The position numbers and the translations under genes were made by a program. Below the pieces are notes generated by a model that ran no database searches, had not been told where the DNA came from, and saw only the letters and a list, made by a program, of their open reading frames with translations. Positions 1-9,043 of a stretch of DNA of 64,000 nucleotides are shown one piece after another. The DNA is from Nitrospira sp. (GTDB lineage Bacteria; Nitrospirota; Nitrospiria; Nitrospirales; Nitrospiraceae): positions 32,001 to 96,000 of the forward strand of contig AP038806.1 of the NCBI GenBank assembly GCA_047150005.1, given 5' to 3'. How positions within the stretch are numbered: the stretch's first letter is position 1; the number at the start of each line of letters is the position of its first letter.

Positions 1-158
1 GAGGTCTCACCCTTCAGAATACTCACGACCAATGCCACGCGTCGCTTGGCCGTCCACCGTTCAATGGGTTCTGCTGCTTCTGCTGCCATCGCCACCTCCT
101 CGGTCCGTCGTAGGACCATGTCGTAGAGGTGGTCTCAATTTCAAGGGGAGCAGGATAC
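1..158 (-). mobile_element. Left end of a probable IS3-family element, with the OrfA (DUF1153-like HTH) start at 89 running off the window
   Basis: Minus-strand ATG at 89 with AGGAGG RBS gives MAAEAAEPIERWTAKRRVALVVSILKGETS, which resembles IS3 OrfA. Upstream GTATCCTGCTCCCCTTGAAATTGAGACC looks like an IS3-type terminal repeat. The exact end is uncertain. Confidence 0.6.
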
Positions 159-204
159 TGAGCTGGCCCCTTTGCTTTTCCAGACAACGGTCCGTCTCAC
201 ATCT

Positions 205-1422
205 TCACGCGATCCTGATCCGGCGGGTGATCTGTCCGTTGCTCTCCCAGTAGGTGTGTTTCTTCGTCAACAGCGGGTCATCCGCCGCGGGCTGTATGTC
301 TCCCTCTCTGGCGACGGCACGCGACGTAATCGTATGTTCGCCCGGCGTGGCATCCGTCCACTCGAGAGTCCAGAATTTCCACGCAAACCGCTGCTCCTTG
401 CCGCGAGTGATCGTCGCCGGTCTCCAGGGTCCGTCATCCACGCGGACCTCGACCCGCTCGATTGGTCCTCCCCAGGCCGCACCCTCGATCCGGTAGCGGC
501 CACCTTGCGAGAGGACCCGGGCCGCGATGGATTTGATCCGCGACCGTCCCACGACCTTCTGCGTCCAGACCGTGCCCCCGCCGGACTGCGGCTCCTCACG
601 AATCGTCACATAGTCCCGCGTCATGAAGCGGCCGGCCCACCGCGTCTCCATCACCTCAATCCGTGACAGCCATTTCACATTTGCCACGCCGTACCAGCCC
701 GGCACGATGAGTCGGACCGGATACCCGTGCTGAGGCGGCAACGGTTCGCCGTTCATCTCATAGCACAGCAGGATTTCGGGACGCGTGGCCTCCGACACAG
801 ACAGGCTACGGCTGAACTGCTGGCTCATCTTGATGTTCCGCACTTCTTCTTCTCCCGCATCGGCGCCGAAAAAGACGACTTCGATGCCCTCCGGTCTGAG
901 ACCGGCCTCCTGGAGGAGCGGGGCGAGCGGCGTGCCGGCCCATTTCGCCGTACCGATCCCGCCTGTAAACCACTCAAACCCGTGATTTCCCGCACATTCG
1001 ATGGTGAACACCACTTCCTGGCGAGGTCGCCGCTTCAAGTCGGCCAACGTGTAGACCTTTGGAGCCTGGACCAGTCCAGCGATCTCAAGTCTGTACTCCT
1101 CGGGACGGATCACCGGACGATTGTAATGACTCACGCTAAAGAACTGATCGTTCGGCGTGATCCATTCGTTCAGGTCCTGCCAATCCATCCGGTTCAGTTC
1201 GCCGTACGCCTTCACCGCGGCCTCCGGCGTCGCAGGCGGCCGGTCCAGAAACGGAATGACCTGTCCCGATTCAGCCGCGCCGGCCAGCTGCGCGAAATAC
1301 GCAGGATCCATCATCGCCAGAAGAGCCAGAGCGGATCCTCCCTTGACCAGAAAATCCCGGCGAGACAGACTGGCGCCGCGCAACAATTCCCTATGCGTCG
1401 TGCTCTCGTTCTTTGATGCCAT
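205..1422 (-). CDS. Tat-exported sulfite oxidase family molybdopterin oxidoreductase (SoxC/SorA-like)
   Basis: SRRDFL twin-arginine motif, Mo-ligand IECAGN, HGYPVRLIVPGWYG and VKWL motifs, C-terminal dimerisation domain. Start moved to the ATG at 1422 behind AGGAGG. Confidence 0.9.
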   Translation of the reverse strand: MASKNESTTHRELLRGASLSRRDFLVKGGSALALLAMMDPAYFAQLAGAAESGQVIPFLDRPPATPEAAVKAYGELNRMDWQDLNEWITPNDQFFSVSHYNRPVIRPEEYRLEIAGLVQAPKVYTLADLKRRPRQEVVFTIECAGNHGFEWFTGGIGTAKWAGTPLAPLLQEAGLRPEGIEVVFFGADAGEEEVRNIKMSQQFSRSLSVSEATRPEILLCYEMNGEPLPPQHGYPVRLIVPGWYGVANVKWLSRIEVMETRWAGRFMTRDYVTIREEPQSGGGTVWTQKVVGRSRIKSIAARVLSQGGRYRIEGAAWGGPIERVEVRVDDGPWRPATITRGKEQRFAWKFWTLEWTDATPGEHTITSRAVAREGDIQPAADDPLLTKKHTYWESNGQITRRIRIA

Positions 1423-1679
1423 GATTTCCCTCCTTTGTGACGCACCGTTTGTTGAGACTTGCCCTATCCTCCATCGAGTGGATGATTGACGCCGTGGCGC
1501 ACTATGCCGCGTCGTCTCTGTGCCCACTATACGCAGTCGACCGTCCGGCGTCTTATCCGCGCGTCTGGCTCTCTTATCGGAGAATGCTAACCTATCTCCA
1601 ACTCGCATTGTCTAGGTTCACAATTTGACCCGTGCTAGACTCCTCACAGTCGAGGCTAGTGTCCGTTGGAGGAACATCC

Positions 1680-1769
1680 ATGAAGGAGGAATTGTTGCGG
1701 CTGGCACAGTTGATGCCTAAAGCCGAGCTGCATTTGCATATCGAAGGCAGTGCCCTGCATCTCCGTTAA
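1680..1769 (+). pseudogene. 5' fragment of an adenine/adenosine deaminase
   Basis: GGAGG RBS, then MKEELLRLAQLMPKAELHLHIEGS followed by ALHLR-stop. Matches the N-terminus of the intact gene at 30382. Confidence 0.85.
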
Positions 1770-1926
1770 ACGTCGCTCGTCCATGCGTAACGGTCAGGAC
1801 ACAACGACTCATACGCGATCAACAGGATCGAAACATCATCCTCCCCCTCTGCCAGGCTAACATGGCAATTAAACCTTTCTTCATTGTTACGACACTGGAA
1901 TCTCCGGCGCGTAGCATCATGACACC

Positions 1927-2505
1927 ATGAAGGACATTTTCCGTCGTGCTGTTCGAACGGTCGCACTGCTCAACTTCCTCTATTTTGGCGTCGAGTTTGC
2001 CGTTGCCTTGGCGATTGGGTCGGTATCACTTTTCGCTGATTCGATCGACTTTCTTGAAGATACATCGATCAATGTCCTGATCCTTATGGCCCTCACGTGG
2101 AGCGCGCCATCTCGTGCAGTCATCAGCAAACTCCTCGCCGGTATCATTCTGATCCCGGGCCTTGCCACACTGTGGATGGCATGGCAGAAGTTCGCGCTGC
2201 CGATGCCGCCTGCACCGCTCCCGCTCTCGCTGACCGGAGTGGGGGCGCTGGCGGTCAATTTTATCTGTGCTCTGCTGCTAGGCCGTGTTCATCATCATGG
2301 CGGCAGTCTCGGTCTTGCCGCGTTCCTTTCGGCACGCAATGACGTGCTGGCGAATGTCGCCATCATTGTGGCCGCATTGGCTACAATCGCTACTCTCTCA
2401 GCCTGGCCCGATCTTATCGTCGGACTGGGCATTGCCATCATGAATGCAGGGGCTGCAGCGGAGGTCTATCAAGCTGCTGGAAAGGAACACGACGCGAGAG
2501 CGTGA
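1927..2505 (+). CDS. Cation efflux (CDF-type) membrane protein
   Basis: SLFADSIDFLED and SARND motifs, about 6 TM helices. Confidence 0.85.
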   Translation: MKDIFRRAVRTVALLNFLYFGVEFAVALAIGSVSLFADSIDFLEDTSINVLILMALTWSAPSRAVISKLLAGIILIPGLATLWMAWQKFALPMPPAPLPLSLTGVGALAVNFICALLLGRVHHHGGSLGLAAFLSARNDVLANVAIIVAALATIATLSAWPDLIVGLGIAIMNAGAAAEVYQAAGKEHDARA

Positions 2506-2544
2506 AACCCACTCCCTCTCCACCCTGCCGGCGGACATTCTAAA

Positions 2545-2566
2545 TTTCGCGGCGCGTGGCGGGCCG
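2545..2566 (+). repeat. Intergenic repeat A copy 1 (TTTCGCGGCGCGTGGCGGGCCG)
   Basis: The 12-mer core recurs exactly at 3713, 3888, 4724 and 8725, and with one mismatch at 31456. Confidence 0.85.
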
Positions 2567-2687
2567 GCGACTTTTTCACCTTCACCCCTTCTCCCCTTCA
2601 TCCCTCCTTCATAACGGCAATGGACCAAGCTGAGCCGGAACAGTAGAATGACGCCATTTCTCTTCTTCGTTTCAACATAGGGAGGCC

Positions 2688-3689
2688 ATGAAACATCGGG
2701 GCAAGACGCCGTCGTTTCACGGGCCAAGTGGCGAGGTCCTTCTAGGCAGTATTGCGGAGATCGACTATCACCGTTTGGGCGGGATCGATCAGTGGGTGAT
2801 GATCCGTGGCAGGAACGTCACGAATCCTATTCTAGTCCTCCTGCATGGCGGACCGGGCTTTCCTGAAATGCGGTTGTTCCGCACTTTTAATGCGCCGCTC
2901 GAGGACAATTATACCGTCGTCTACTGGGAACAGCGGGGGACGGACAAGTCCTTTTCTCGTAGCATCCCACCAGCTTCCATGACGGTCGGACGTTTTCTGG
3001 CCGATCTCGACGAATTGGTCGATGTGGTACGCAGGCGTTTCAGAAAAGAGAGTGTCGTGCTGTATGGTCACTCCTGGGGTTCGGCGCTCGGCGTACTCTA
3101 TGCCGCGCGGTTTCCGCACAAAGTAGCCGCGTATATCGGCACAGGACAAATCGGCGATTGGCCGGCAAGCGAGCTCTCATCCTATGCTTTTGTGCTGGCC
3201 GAAGCGGAGCGACGCAACAAGCGGAAAGCCCTGCGGGAATTGCGCGCCATTGGGAAACCGCCGCATACGTTCGACAACATGCTCATTCAGCGGAAATGGC
3301 TCATGCGCTTCGTGGGCATTGTGCGCGGCATGTCCATGTGGCGGTTTGCACGCATTCTCCTCGGCGGACCTGAAGCCTCGATCATCGATCTTCCCAACAT
3401 CCTGCGCGGTAGTTTGTGGTCTCCAAATCTGATGTGGGCTGAAATTTCTGCATTGGATCTCACAAAGACCGTTCCCGCATTGCAGATGCCGGTCTTCTTC
3501 TTTCTCGGGCGTCATGATCATGTCGTGGCCCCGGAAACCAGCGCAGCATACTTCGAGATACTATCCGCACCGTTGAAGCGGATCGTCTGGTTTGAGGAGT
3601 CTGCTCACGAACCGACCGTCGAAGAAGCCGATAAATTTAATACGGCGATGGTGGGCTTAGTCCTGCCAACAGTGCAGCCAACTCTGTGA
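2688..3689 (+). CDS. Alpha/beta hydrolase (proline iminopeptidase-like)
   Basis: LHGGPG, GHSWG nucleophile elbow, C-terminal SAH. GGAGG RBS. Confidence 0.9.
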   Translation: MKHRGKTPSFHGPSGEVLLGSIAEIDYHRLGGIDQWVMIRGRNVTNPILVLLHGGPGFPEMRLFRTFNAPLEDNYTVVYWEQRGTDKSFSRSIPPASMTVGRFLADLDELVDVVRRRFRKESVVLYGHSWGSALGVLYAARFPHKVAAYIGTGQIGDWPASELSSYAFVLAEAERRNKRKALRELRAIGKPPHTFDNMLIQRKWLMRFVGIVRGMSMWRFARILLGGPEASIIDLPNILRGSLWSPNLMWAEISALDLTKTVPALQMPVFFFLGRHDHVVAPETSAAYFEILSAPLKRIVWFEESAHEPTVEEADKFNTAMVGLVLPTVQPTL

Positions 3690-3712
3690 GACGGAAGAGC
3701 GGCTTGCTCCCA

Positions 3713-3724
3713 TTTCGCGGCGCG
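3713..3724 (+). repeat. Intergenic repeat A copy 2
   Basis: TTTCGCGGCGCG starting 24 nt after the hydrolase stop. Confidence 0.8.
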
Positions 3725-3846
3725 CGAGTGAAGATAAGGCGGACACCTATGTAACAGATCCACCGCGCCCGGACGCCGACGCGATGATTCAGGCCCAGGG
3801 ATGAGGCTCGACAGACGGAAGATCTCCTCGAAAGCGCCGCCGACCC

Positions 3847-3905
3847 CACCCGCCAACAGTCCGATCCGATAACCTCATAGCTCATGATTTCGCGGCGCGT
3901 GGCGA
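3847..3905 (+). repeat. Repeat C (CACCCGCCAACAGTCCGATCCGA) followed by repeat A copy 3 at 3888
   Basis: The 23-mer matches 6027-6049 at 22/23 positions. Repeat A core is exact. Confidence 0.8.
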
Positions 3906-3941
3906 TCCTCGATGTAGATGGCTTCAAGATAGGAGGAGTCA

Positions 3942-4691
3942 ATGTTTGATTCGCTGGCAAGTCCCGAAGGTTGGATCGCACTGGGGACGCTGACCGCCCT
4001 TGAGGTCGTCCTGGGCATCGACAATATCATCTTCATCTCCGTACTGGTCGCCCGGCTGCCGAACGGTCAGCGGATGTTGGCAAGAAGATTGGGCCTTGGC
4101 GTGGCGATGGTCGCACGTCTTGGCTTGTTGTTTTCGATCTCCTGGATTATGGGCTTGACGCAACCCTGGTTTGCATTGCTCGGCAACGAGATTTCCGCCC
4201 GCGATCTCATTTTAATCGTCGGGGGCTTGTTCCTGATGGCCAAGGCGACTCATGAAATTCATTACAGCCTGGAGGGCGTCGGACCGACGGCTAGCGCGGC
4301 ACAGGTCAGCAGCCTAGGCGCCGCTCTGGTTCAGATCTCGCTTCTGGACATCGTGTTCTCGCTGGATTCCGTCATCACGGCGGTCGGGTTGGTTGACCAG
4401 GTGTCCATTATGGCCATCGCCATCATCCTCGCGGTGCTCGTCATGCTGATGGCGGCAACGTCCATCGGAACATTCGTCGACGAGCATCCGACGATCAAAA
4501 TCCTCGCCTTGTCGTTCCTCATACTCGTGGGAGTCACCCTGATGGTGGAAGGCTTCGACGTGCACGTGCCGAAGGGATACATCTATTTTGCGATGGTGTT
4601 TTCGGTTGCCGTAGAAATGCTCAATATGCGTATGCGCACAAAGCAGAGAGCACCGATCAAACTGCATAGCCGATACTCAGGAGACCAATAG
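3942..4691 (+). CDS. TerC family integral membrane protein
   Basis: LEVVLGIDNIIFI and DIVFSLDSVITAVG signatures, AGGAGG RBS. Confidence 0.95.
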   Translation: MFDSLASPEGWIALGTLTALEVVLGIDNIIFISVLVARLPNGQRMLARRLGLGVAMVARLGLLFSISWIMGLTQPWFALLGNEISARDLILIVGGLFLMAKATHEIHYSLEGVGPTASAAQVSSLGAALVQISLLDIVFSLDSVITAVGLVDQVSIMAIAIILAVLVMLMAATSIGTFVDEHPTIKILALSFLILVGVTLMVEGFDVHVPKGYIYFAMVFSVAVEMLNMRMRTKQRAPIKLHSRYSGDQ

Positions 4692-4723
4692 TCGGAGACG
4701 ACTTAGTAAAGTCTTAGGCACCA

Positions 4724-4792
4724 TTTCGCGGCGCGTAACGGCAGGCCATCCCGCCTGACCTGGAACCCCCCGAAGCGAATCAGTTTGGCGCC
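4724..4792 (+). repeat. Repeat A copy 4 followed by repeat B (CAGTTTGGCGCC, 4781-4792)
   Basis: Exact A core. B recurs at 6063-6074. Confidence 0.75.
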
Positions 4793-4957
4793 AGATTGAA
4801 TGGATCGGAAACGATGCACAGACTTATTTCTGTCTCTTGACCTGCTGCAATGCCTAGAGCACTATTTGTACAATTCGTTCGCCTAGCACATCCGAAAGCA
4901 CGTGCGGAGCACCAATGGTCGTCACTGCCGCCCCACTCCAGTCCGGCGAAGAACAAG

Positions 4958-5353
4958 ATGAAAGAGAAGAAACGCATTCCCACTAGTGACGAGCCGTTCT
5001 GCTGGAAGAGTCCGTTCGCGGCACTGAAGGATGCAGTACCGCCGCCGACGCCTACCGATCCACCTGTTCGCAATCCAGCTCATACGCCGGCGCCCGCACC
5101 AAAAAGCAATCGGGGGCGAGTGGATATCCTTCGTTCGACGGCGCATCGGGGCGGCAAGACCGTGACAGTCGTCACAGGATTTGTCGGAATCAGTCAGCCC
5201 GAAAAAGAACGACTGGCGAAAGAAATGCAAAAGTCTTGTGGCGCGGGAGGCACCGTGAAAGAAGGACGGATCGAGATTCAAGGTGATCACCGCGACAGCG
5301 TCGCGAGTATCTTGGCCAACGCGGGCTTCCGTCCCGTCTTCGCCGGGGGCTGA
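4958..5353 (+). CDS. yciH: Translation initiation factor SUI1 family protein
   Basis: RGGKTVTVV, CGAGGTVKEGRIEIQGDHR. Start at 4958 inferred. Confidence 0.85.
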   Translation: MKEKKRIPTSDEPFCWKSPFAALKDAVPPPTPTDPPVRNPAHTPAPAPKSNRGRVDILRSTAHRGGKTVTVVTGFVGISQPEKERLAKEMQKSCGAGGTVKEGRIEIQGDHRDSVASILANAGFRPVFAGG

Positions 5354-5555
5354 ACCGCTCTCCCCTGCTCCTCTCGCGAGCGAGAAACCAGGACAGGCTG
5401 GTTTCCCAGCTGCTTCGACCTGCTCGCCTGGCAGAAGACCGTCTCAACGGCGCCACCGACCATTAGTTTCCTTCCTCTTGACTCGCATCTACTAAGCGCT
5501 TACGCTTTCACCCGCATACTGGCTTTCCACATTGGCTTTCACGAAAGGAGTGATC

Positions 5556-5888
5556 ATGACGCGACGGAACGTTGATTGGGTCCAGGGATTGGGTTTGGTA
5601 GCGACAGCGCTTGCTCTGTCTTCCCTGGTGATCACGGATGGCCTGCAATGGACGTCGGCACCGGCCTATGCCGGCGATCGCGGTGAGGAACGGAGAGATA
5701 AGCGGGACGACCGGCAAGACGACCGGAGAGATGCGCGCGATACGCGGCAAGAGGGTCGTGAGGCAGCCAGGGAGGCGAAGGAAGAATGCAAGAAAGCAGA
5801 GGGTAAGAGTAATAGGGAATGTCGACAGGAAAAGCGAGATACCAAGGACGATGCCCGCGACGCCGCCAGGGACATCAAGCGGGACTAA
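5556..5888 (+). CDS. Exported, highly charged (R/D/E-rich) hypothetical protein
   Basis: AAAGGAG RBS, signal-peptide-like N-terminus, low-complexity RDDR repeats and a Cys pair. Confidence 0.75.
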   Translation: MTRRNVDWVQGLGLVATALALSSLVITDGLQWTSAPAYAGDRGEERRDKRDDRQDDRRDARDTRQEGREAAREAKEECKKAEGKSNRECRQEKRDTKDDARDAARDIKRD

Positions 5889-5970
5889 TTACAATCGCTG
5901 GACGAAGGAACACAATTTACAGAAGAGCATAGGAAAGCGGTTTCGTCCTGAGTCAGTGGTTTGAAGTTTT

Positions 5971-6003
5971 GGGGCGTAGGGTTCTGCGCATATCCTACGC
6001 CCC
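5971..6003. repeat. GC-rich hairpin GGGGCGTAGG-N13-CCTACGCCCC (REP-like or weak terminator)
   Basis: Perfect 10-bp inverted repeat with no U-tract following on either strand. Confidence 0.55.
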
Positions 6004-6026
6004 CACCGCCGGACTAGGAACTATCG

Positions 6027-6140
6027 CACCCGCCAACAGTCTGATCCGACGACCCCTTAACGCAGTTTGGCGCCGAATAGTCAATACTGCAAAGAGCAGA
6101 AGAAACGGTGTCAGTAATCATTTCGTGGGCCGTGGCGGCC
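6027..6140 (+). repeat. Composite repeat C + B + degenerate A (AAACGGTGTCAGTAATCATTTCGTGGGCCGTGGCGG)
   Basis: Contains all three motifs seen separately at 3847, 4781 and 2545. Confidence 0.7.
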
Positions 6141-6434
6141 CCGTCTTAGCCGCTTTCATTCGGTCCCTGTGCAAGGGGAACGGGAACTCGCTGGTAGCAG
6201 TCGCTACTAACCCCTTGTCCTTTCCTGCTCATTCTGTAGAGACAGTGAGCTAACAAACCGCGGGTCAGTGGTTACTTTGGCTCGCCTGACGCAAGATCCA
6301 ACTGTGTCTTGCAAGAAGTCCCAACCAGCCTGAATCATTGAACTATCACAGGCGCAATAATAGCACTTGACCAACCGGTGCCTTTGGGCGCTACATATTC
6401 ATCTATTTTGGTTTAGAAGAAGGAGGCGAGCATC

Positions 6435-6782
6435 ATGGCACTACTGATTACCGCCGAGTGTATCAACTGTGGAGCCTGTCTGCCAGAATGTCCGAACGAG
6501 GCCATCTTCGAAACTCGCAGCGACGCGGAAACGAAGGGAAATCATGTGGGCGACGGCCAGGGAGTGAGCAACGATATCTATGTGATCACGCATGACCGCT
6601 GTACCGAGTGTGTCGGCCATTTTGACGAACCTCAATGCGCGGCAGTCTGTCCGGTCGACAATTGCTGCATTTCTGACCCTGCCTATCCGGAAACGACGGA
6701 TGTGTTGCTGGACAAGGCGAGGAAACTGAATCCTGACAAGGCTATCGACCCGGCAAAAGTGTGGAGCGGCGTGCGGAACTGA
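6435..6782 (+). CDS. YfhL-type 2[4Fe-4S] ferredoxin
   Basis: CINCGACLPECP and CTECVGHFDEPQCAAVCP motifs, AGGAGG RBS. Confidence 0.95.
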   Translation: MALLITAECINCGACLPECPNEAIFETRSDAETKGNHVGDGQGVSNDIYVITHDRCTECVGHFDEPQCAAVCPVDNCCISDPAYPETTDVLLDKARKLNPDKAIDPAKVWSGVRN

Positions 6783-6912
6783 TCGTTTTCACTTCGAGGT
6801 TCCGCGCCACATAGAGAACACTGCGAACGCCGCCTGCACAGCCTTCGCGGATGAAGTACGAAGAGAAGAACGTATAACCATGTTTGCCTTGACATAACGG
6901 AAACGATCGGTC

Positions 6913-7215
6913 ATGGCTGACAAACTTCCAAAAGTCATTTCAAGTGCAACGGTCATTAAGGTTTTAGCTAAAGTCTTTGCTTTCCAAGCCATCGAGATCA
7001 GCCTCTTGCGTGCACACGTCGGAATTTCCGATGCCAATTGGAAAGCACTCAAGACCGAAGCCTTTAAGAAAACCTACGCGAAGCAACGGTCTTTTTATGA
7101 AGATCGCTTGACGGGTGCGTTCGCTTTGGAGCGCATTTCCCAGTCTGAACGCGAGACAAGACTTCTTGAACTCTGGCTAAAACAGAGTGAGGATTCTCCT
7201 AAAGACGAACCCTGA
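6913..7215 (+). CDS. Hypothetical protein (visibly lower GC)
   Basis: 100-aa ORF filling an intergenic gap. No recognisable motif. Confidence 0.55.
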   Translation: MADKLPKVISSATVIKVLAKVFAFQAIEISLLRAHVGISDANWKALKTEAFKKTYAKQRSFYEDRLTGAFALERISQSERETRLLELWLKQSEDSPKDEP

Positions 7216-7345
7216 GCCAGTGCTCTCAGCATGAGAGCATGCCCTTTCCTGTGAGTGACGCCAGGCGCTGAGGTGTTCGGCAAAAGCTCACCGCATTGGA
7301 GGAAAGAGTGGACAGTCGACCGGGCTAGAAGAAGGAGCCTCCACC

Positions 7346-7528
7346 ATGGGTAAAGTCATCGAGTGTGCCAAGGTTGATCCATCGTCCGGATGCAAGCATG
7401 TCGTTCGTGGGAACACTGACGAGGAAGTCCTAAAGAACGCCATGGAACACGCCAAGCAGCACGGGATTCGGGAGGTGACGCCTGAACTCAGGGCTAAGGT
7501 GCAGGCAGCAATCCGGGACGAGAAGTAA
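7346..7528 (+). CDS. DUF1059 family small metal-binding protein
   Basis: C...C...G..EEVL....EHAK.HG pattern, AAGGAG RBS. The stop codon lies inside the IS target duplication. Confidence 0.85.
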   Translation: MGKVIECAKVDPSSGCKHVVRGNTDEEVLKNAMEHAKQHGIREVTPELRAKVQAAIRDEK

Positions 7529-7530
7529 AG

Positions 7531-8679
7531 TGTATAACTCACGACTTCATCTGACAGACAGCGAGTCCTCACCGGGTTTAGGCCGCTAACATTTTCTCCT
7601 TGGCCAGTGGCACACTATCGAGAAACGTCTGCATCGGTGTCTTGCCATAGCACCAGCGCCCTTGGTGGGGGCGCTGCTCGTTGTACTCCTGGATCCACGC
7701 ATCCAAGTCAGCCTGGAGGTCCTCCAGCGTTCGATAGATCTTCTTGCGGAGCGCCACGCGGTAAAACTCGTTCAACATGGTCTTGTGGAACCGTTCACAG
7801 ATCCCGTTGGTCTGGGGATGCCGCGTCTTGGTGCGCGTATGATCGATGTTCTCCACGGCCAGATAGAGTTCGTACTCATGGCGCTCCGGAGTTCCACAGT
7901 ATTCCGTGCCGCGATCCGTGAGCACACGGTTCAGCGGAATGGCATGCTGCTCGAAGAACGGCAAGACCCGATCATTGAGCAATTCCGCGGCCGTCACCGG
8001 CGTCTTGCGGTCGTACAGCTTCGCAAATCCCACCTTGCTGTAGGTATCGATGAAGGTTTGCTGGTAGATGCGGCCGACGCCCTTCAAGGTGCCGACGTAG
8101 AACGTATCCTGCGCGCCGCAGTAGCCGGGACATTCGCTCTCAAATTCGCCGTGGGCCTCTTTGTCCGCCGTCGCCTTCTCCAGCGCCACGACTTGGGCCT
8201 CGGTAAGCACCAGTCCCGCTTGGGCTACCTTCGCTTCCAGTGCCTTTAAGCGTTTCCGCATCGTTGCGAGATCATGGCGGAGCCAGATACAGCGCACGCC
8301 CGCTGGGGAGATGGACAGCGCCTGCTTGCGCAGTTCATTCGCCACGCGGGCTTGTCCCCACGCGGGTTGCTCAATAGCGATCTGCACGATGGCCTGTTCC
8401 ACCTCGGGTGCCACCCGATTCTTGAGGAGCGGCTTCTGCCGCGAAATCTCTTGAAGCGCGGCCTCGCCGCCGGTCTCGTAGAGTTCCTTGAATCGATAGA
8501 AACTATCGCGGCTATACCCCATCAGCTGGCAGGCTTTGGAGACATTGCCGAGCTGCTTCGCCAGTTCCAGCACGCCGACTTTCGTCTTAATGATCTTTTG
8601 TTCCGTCGTCATGGTCCTCGCTCCTTTCGTGAAGAGGGAGGACTCTAGCTGACTGTCAGATTAAGTTCTAGCTTCCACA
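7531..8679 (-). mobile_element. IS481-family insertion sequence, copy 1 (1149 bp)
   Basis: TGT...ACA ends, imperfect TIRs sharing ACTT(A/C)ATCTGACAG, 7-bp TSD AGTAAAG (7524-7530 / 8680-8686). Confidence 0.95.
7578..8612 (-). CDS. IS481-family DDE transposase
   Basis: HTH plus rve integrase core ([18 protein letters not shown]). Protein identical in the three copies. Confidence 0.95.
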   Translation of the reverse strand: MTTEQKIIKTKVGVLELAKQLGNVSKACQLMGYSRDSFYRFKELYETGGEAALQEISRQKPLLKNRVAPEVEQAIVQIAIEQPAWGQARVANELRKQALSISPAGVRCIWLRHDLATMRKRLKALEAKVAQAGLVLTEAQVVALEKATADKEAHGEFESECPGYCGAQDTFYVGTLKGVGRIYQQTFIDTYSKVGFAKLYDRKTPVTAAELLNDRVLPFFEQHAIPLNRVLTDRGTEYCGTPERHEYELYLAVENIDHTRTKTRHPQTNGICERFHKTMLNEFYRVALRKKIYRTLEDLQADLDAWIQEYNEQRPHQGRWCYGKTPMQTFLDSVPLAKEKMLAA

Positions 8680-8724
8680 AGTAAAGAGACCTCTTTCGTG
8701 GCCAAAGCAAAGTGAGTGGGACCG

Positions 8725-8742
8725 TTTCGCGGCGCGGGCGGC
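8725..8742 (+). repeat. Intergenic repeat A copy 5
   Basis: TTTCGCGGCGCGGGCGGC, about 40 nt after the DUF1059 stop once the IS is removed. Confidence 0.8.
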
Positions 8743-9043
8743 AGACCTATCGTCTCCGCATCACCCTCTCCCCTCGTCGCCTGACTCAATGATTCCCTGA
8801 CCACGTCTTGGACCGCCCAATTTCCCAATTCACTTTCGTTGACATCCTCATCACAGGGACTTAGTCTCGGGCATCAACAATCCTGGTGCGTGGGGATGAC
8901 CTCTCACCTATTTCCAGCTGTTGAAATGTCCACGTACACCTGGCTCCGATATATTGTGCTCTTCATATCAAGCCTGCGCAGTTCTGCCTGGAATGTGACG
9001 CGGCCTTCTAGACGCATGTGATCATCTCAACCGGAGGTGTCCC

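Noticed and set aside
8436..8448. Partial repeat-A match (ATTTCGCGGC) inside the IS481 transposase
   Set aside because: Only 10 nt and within coding sequence, so probably chance.
2545..8745. Repeat A as a CRISPR array or classical integron attC sites
   Set aside because: The repeats are short and separated by whole genes. There are no cas genes, no RYYYAAC/GTTRRRY boxes and no intI.
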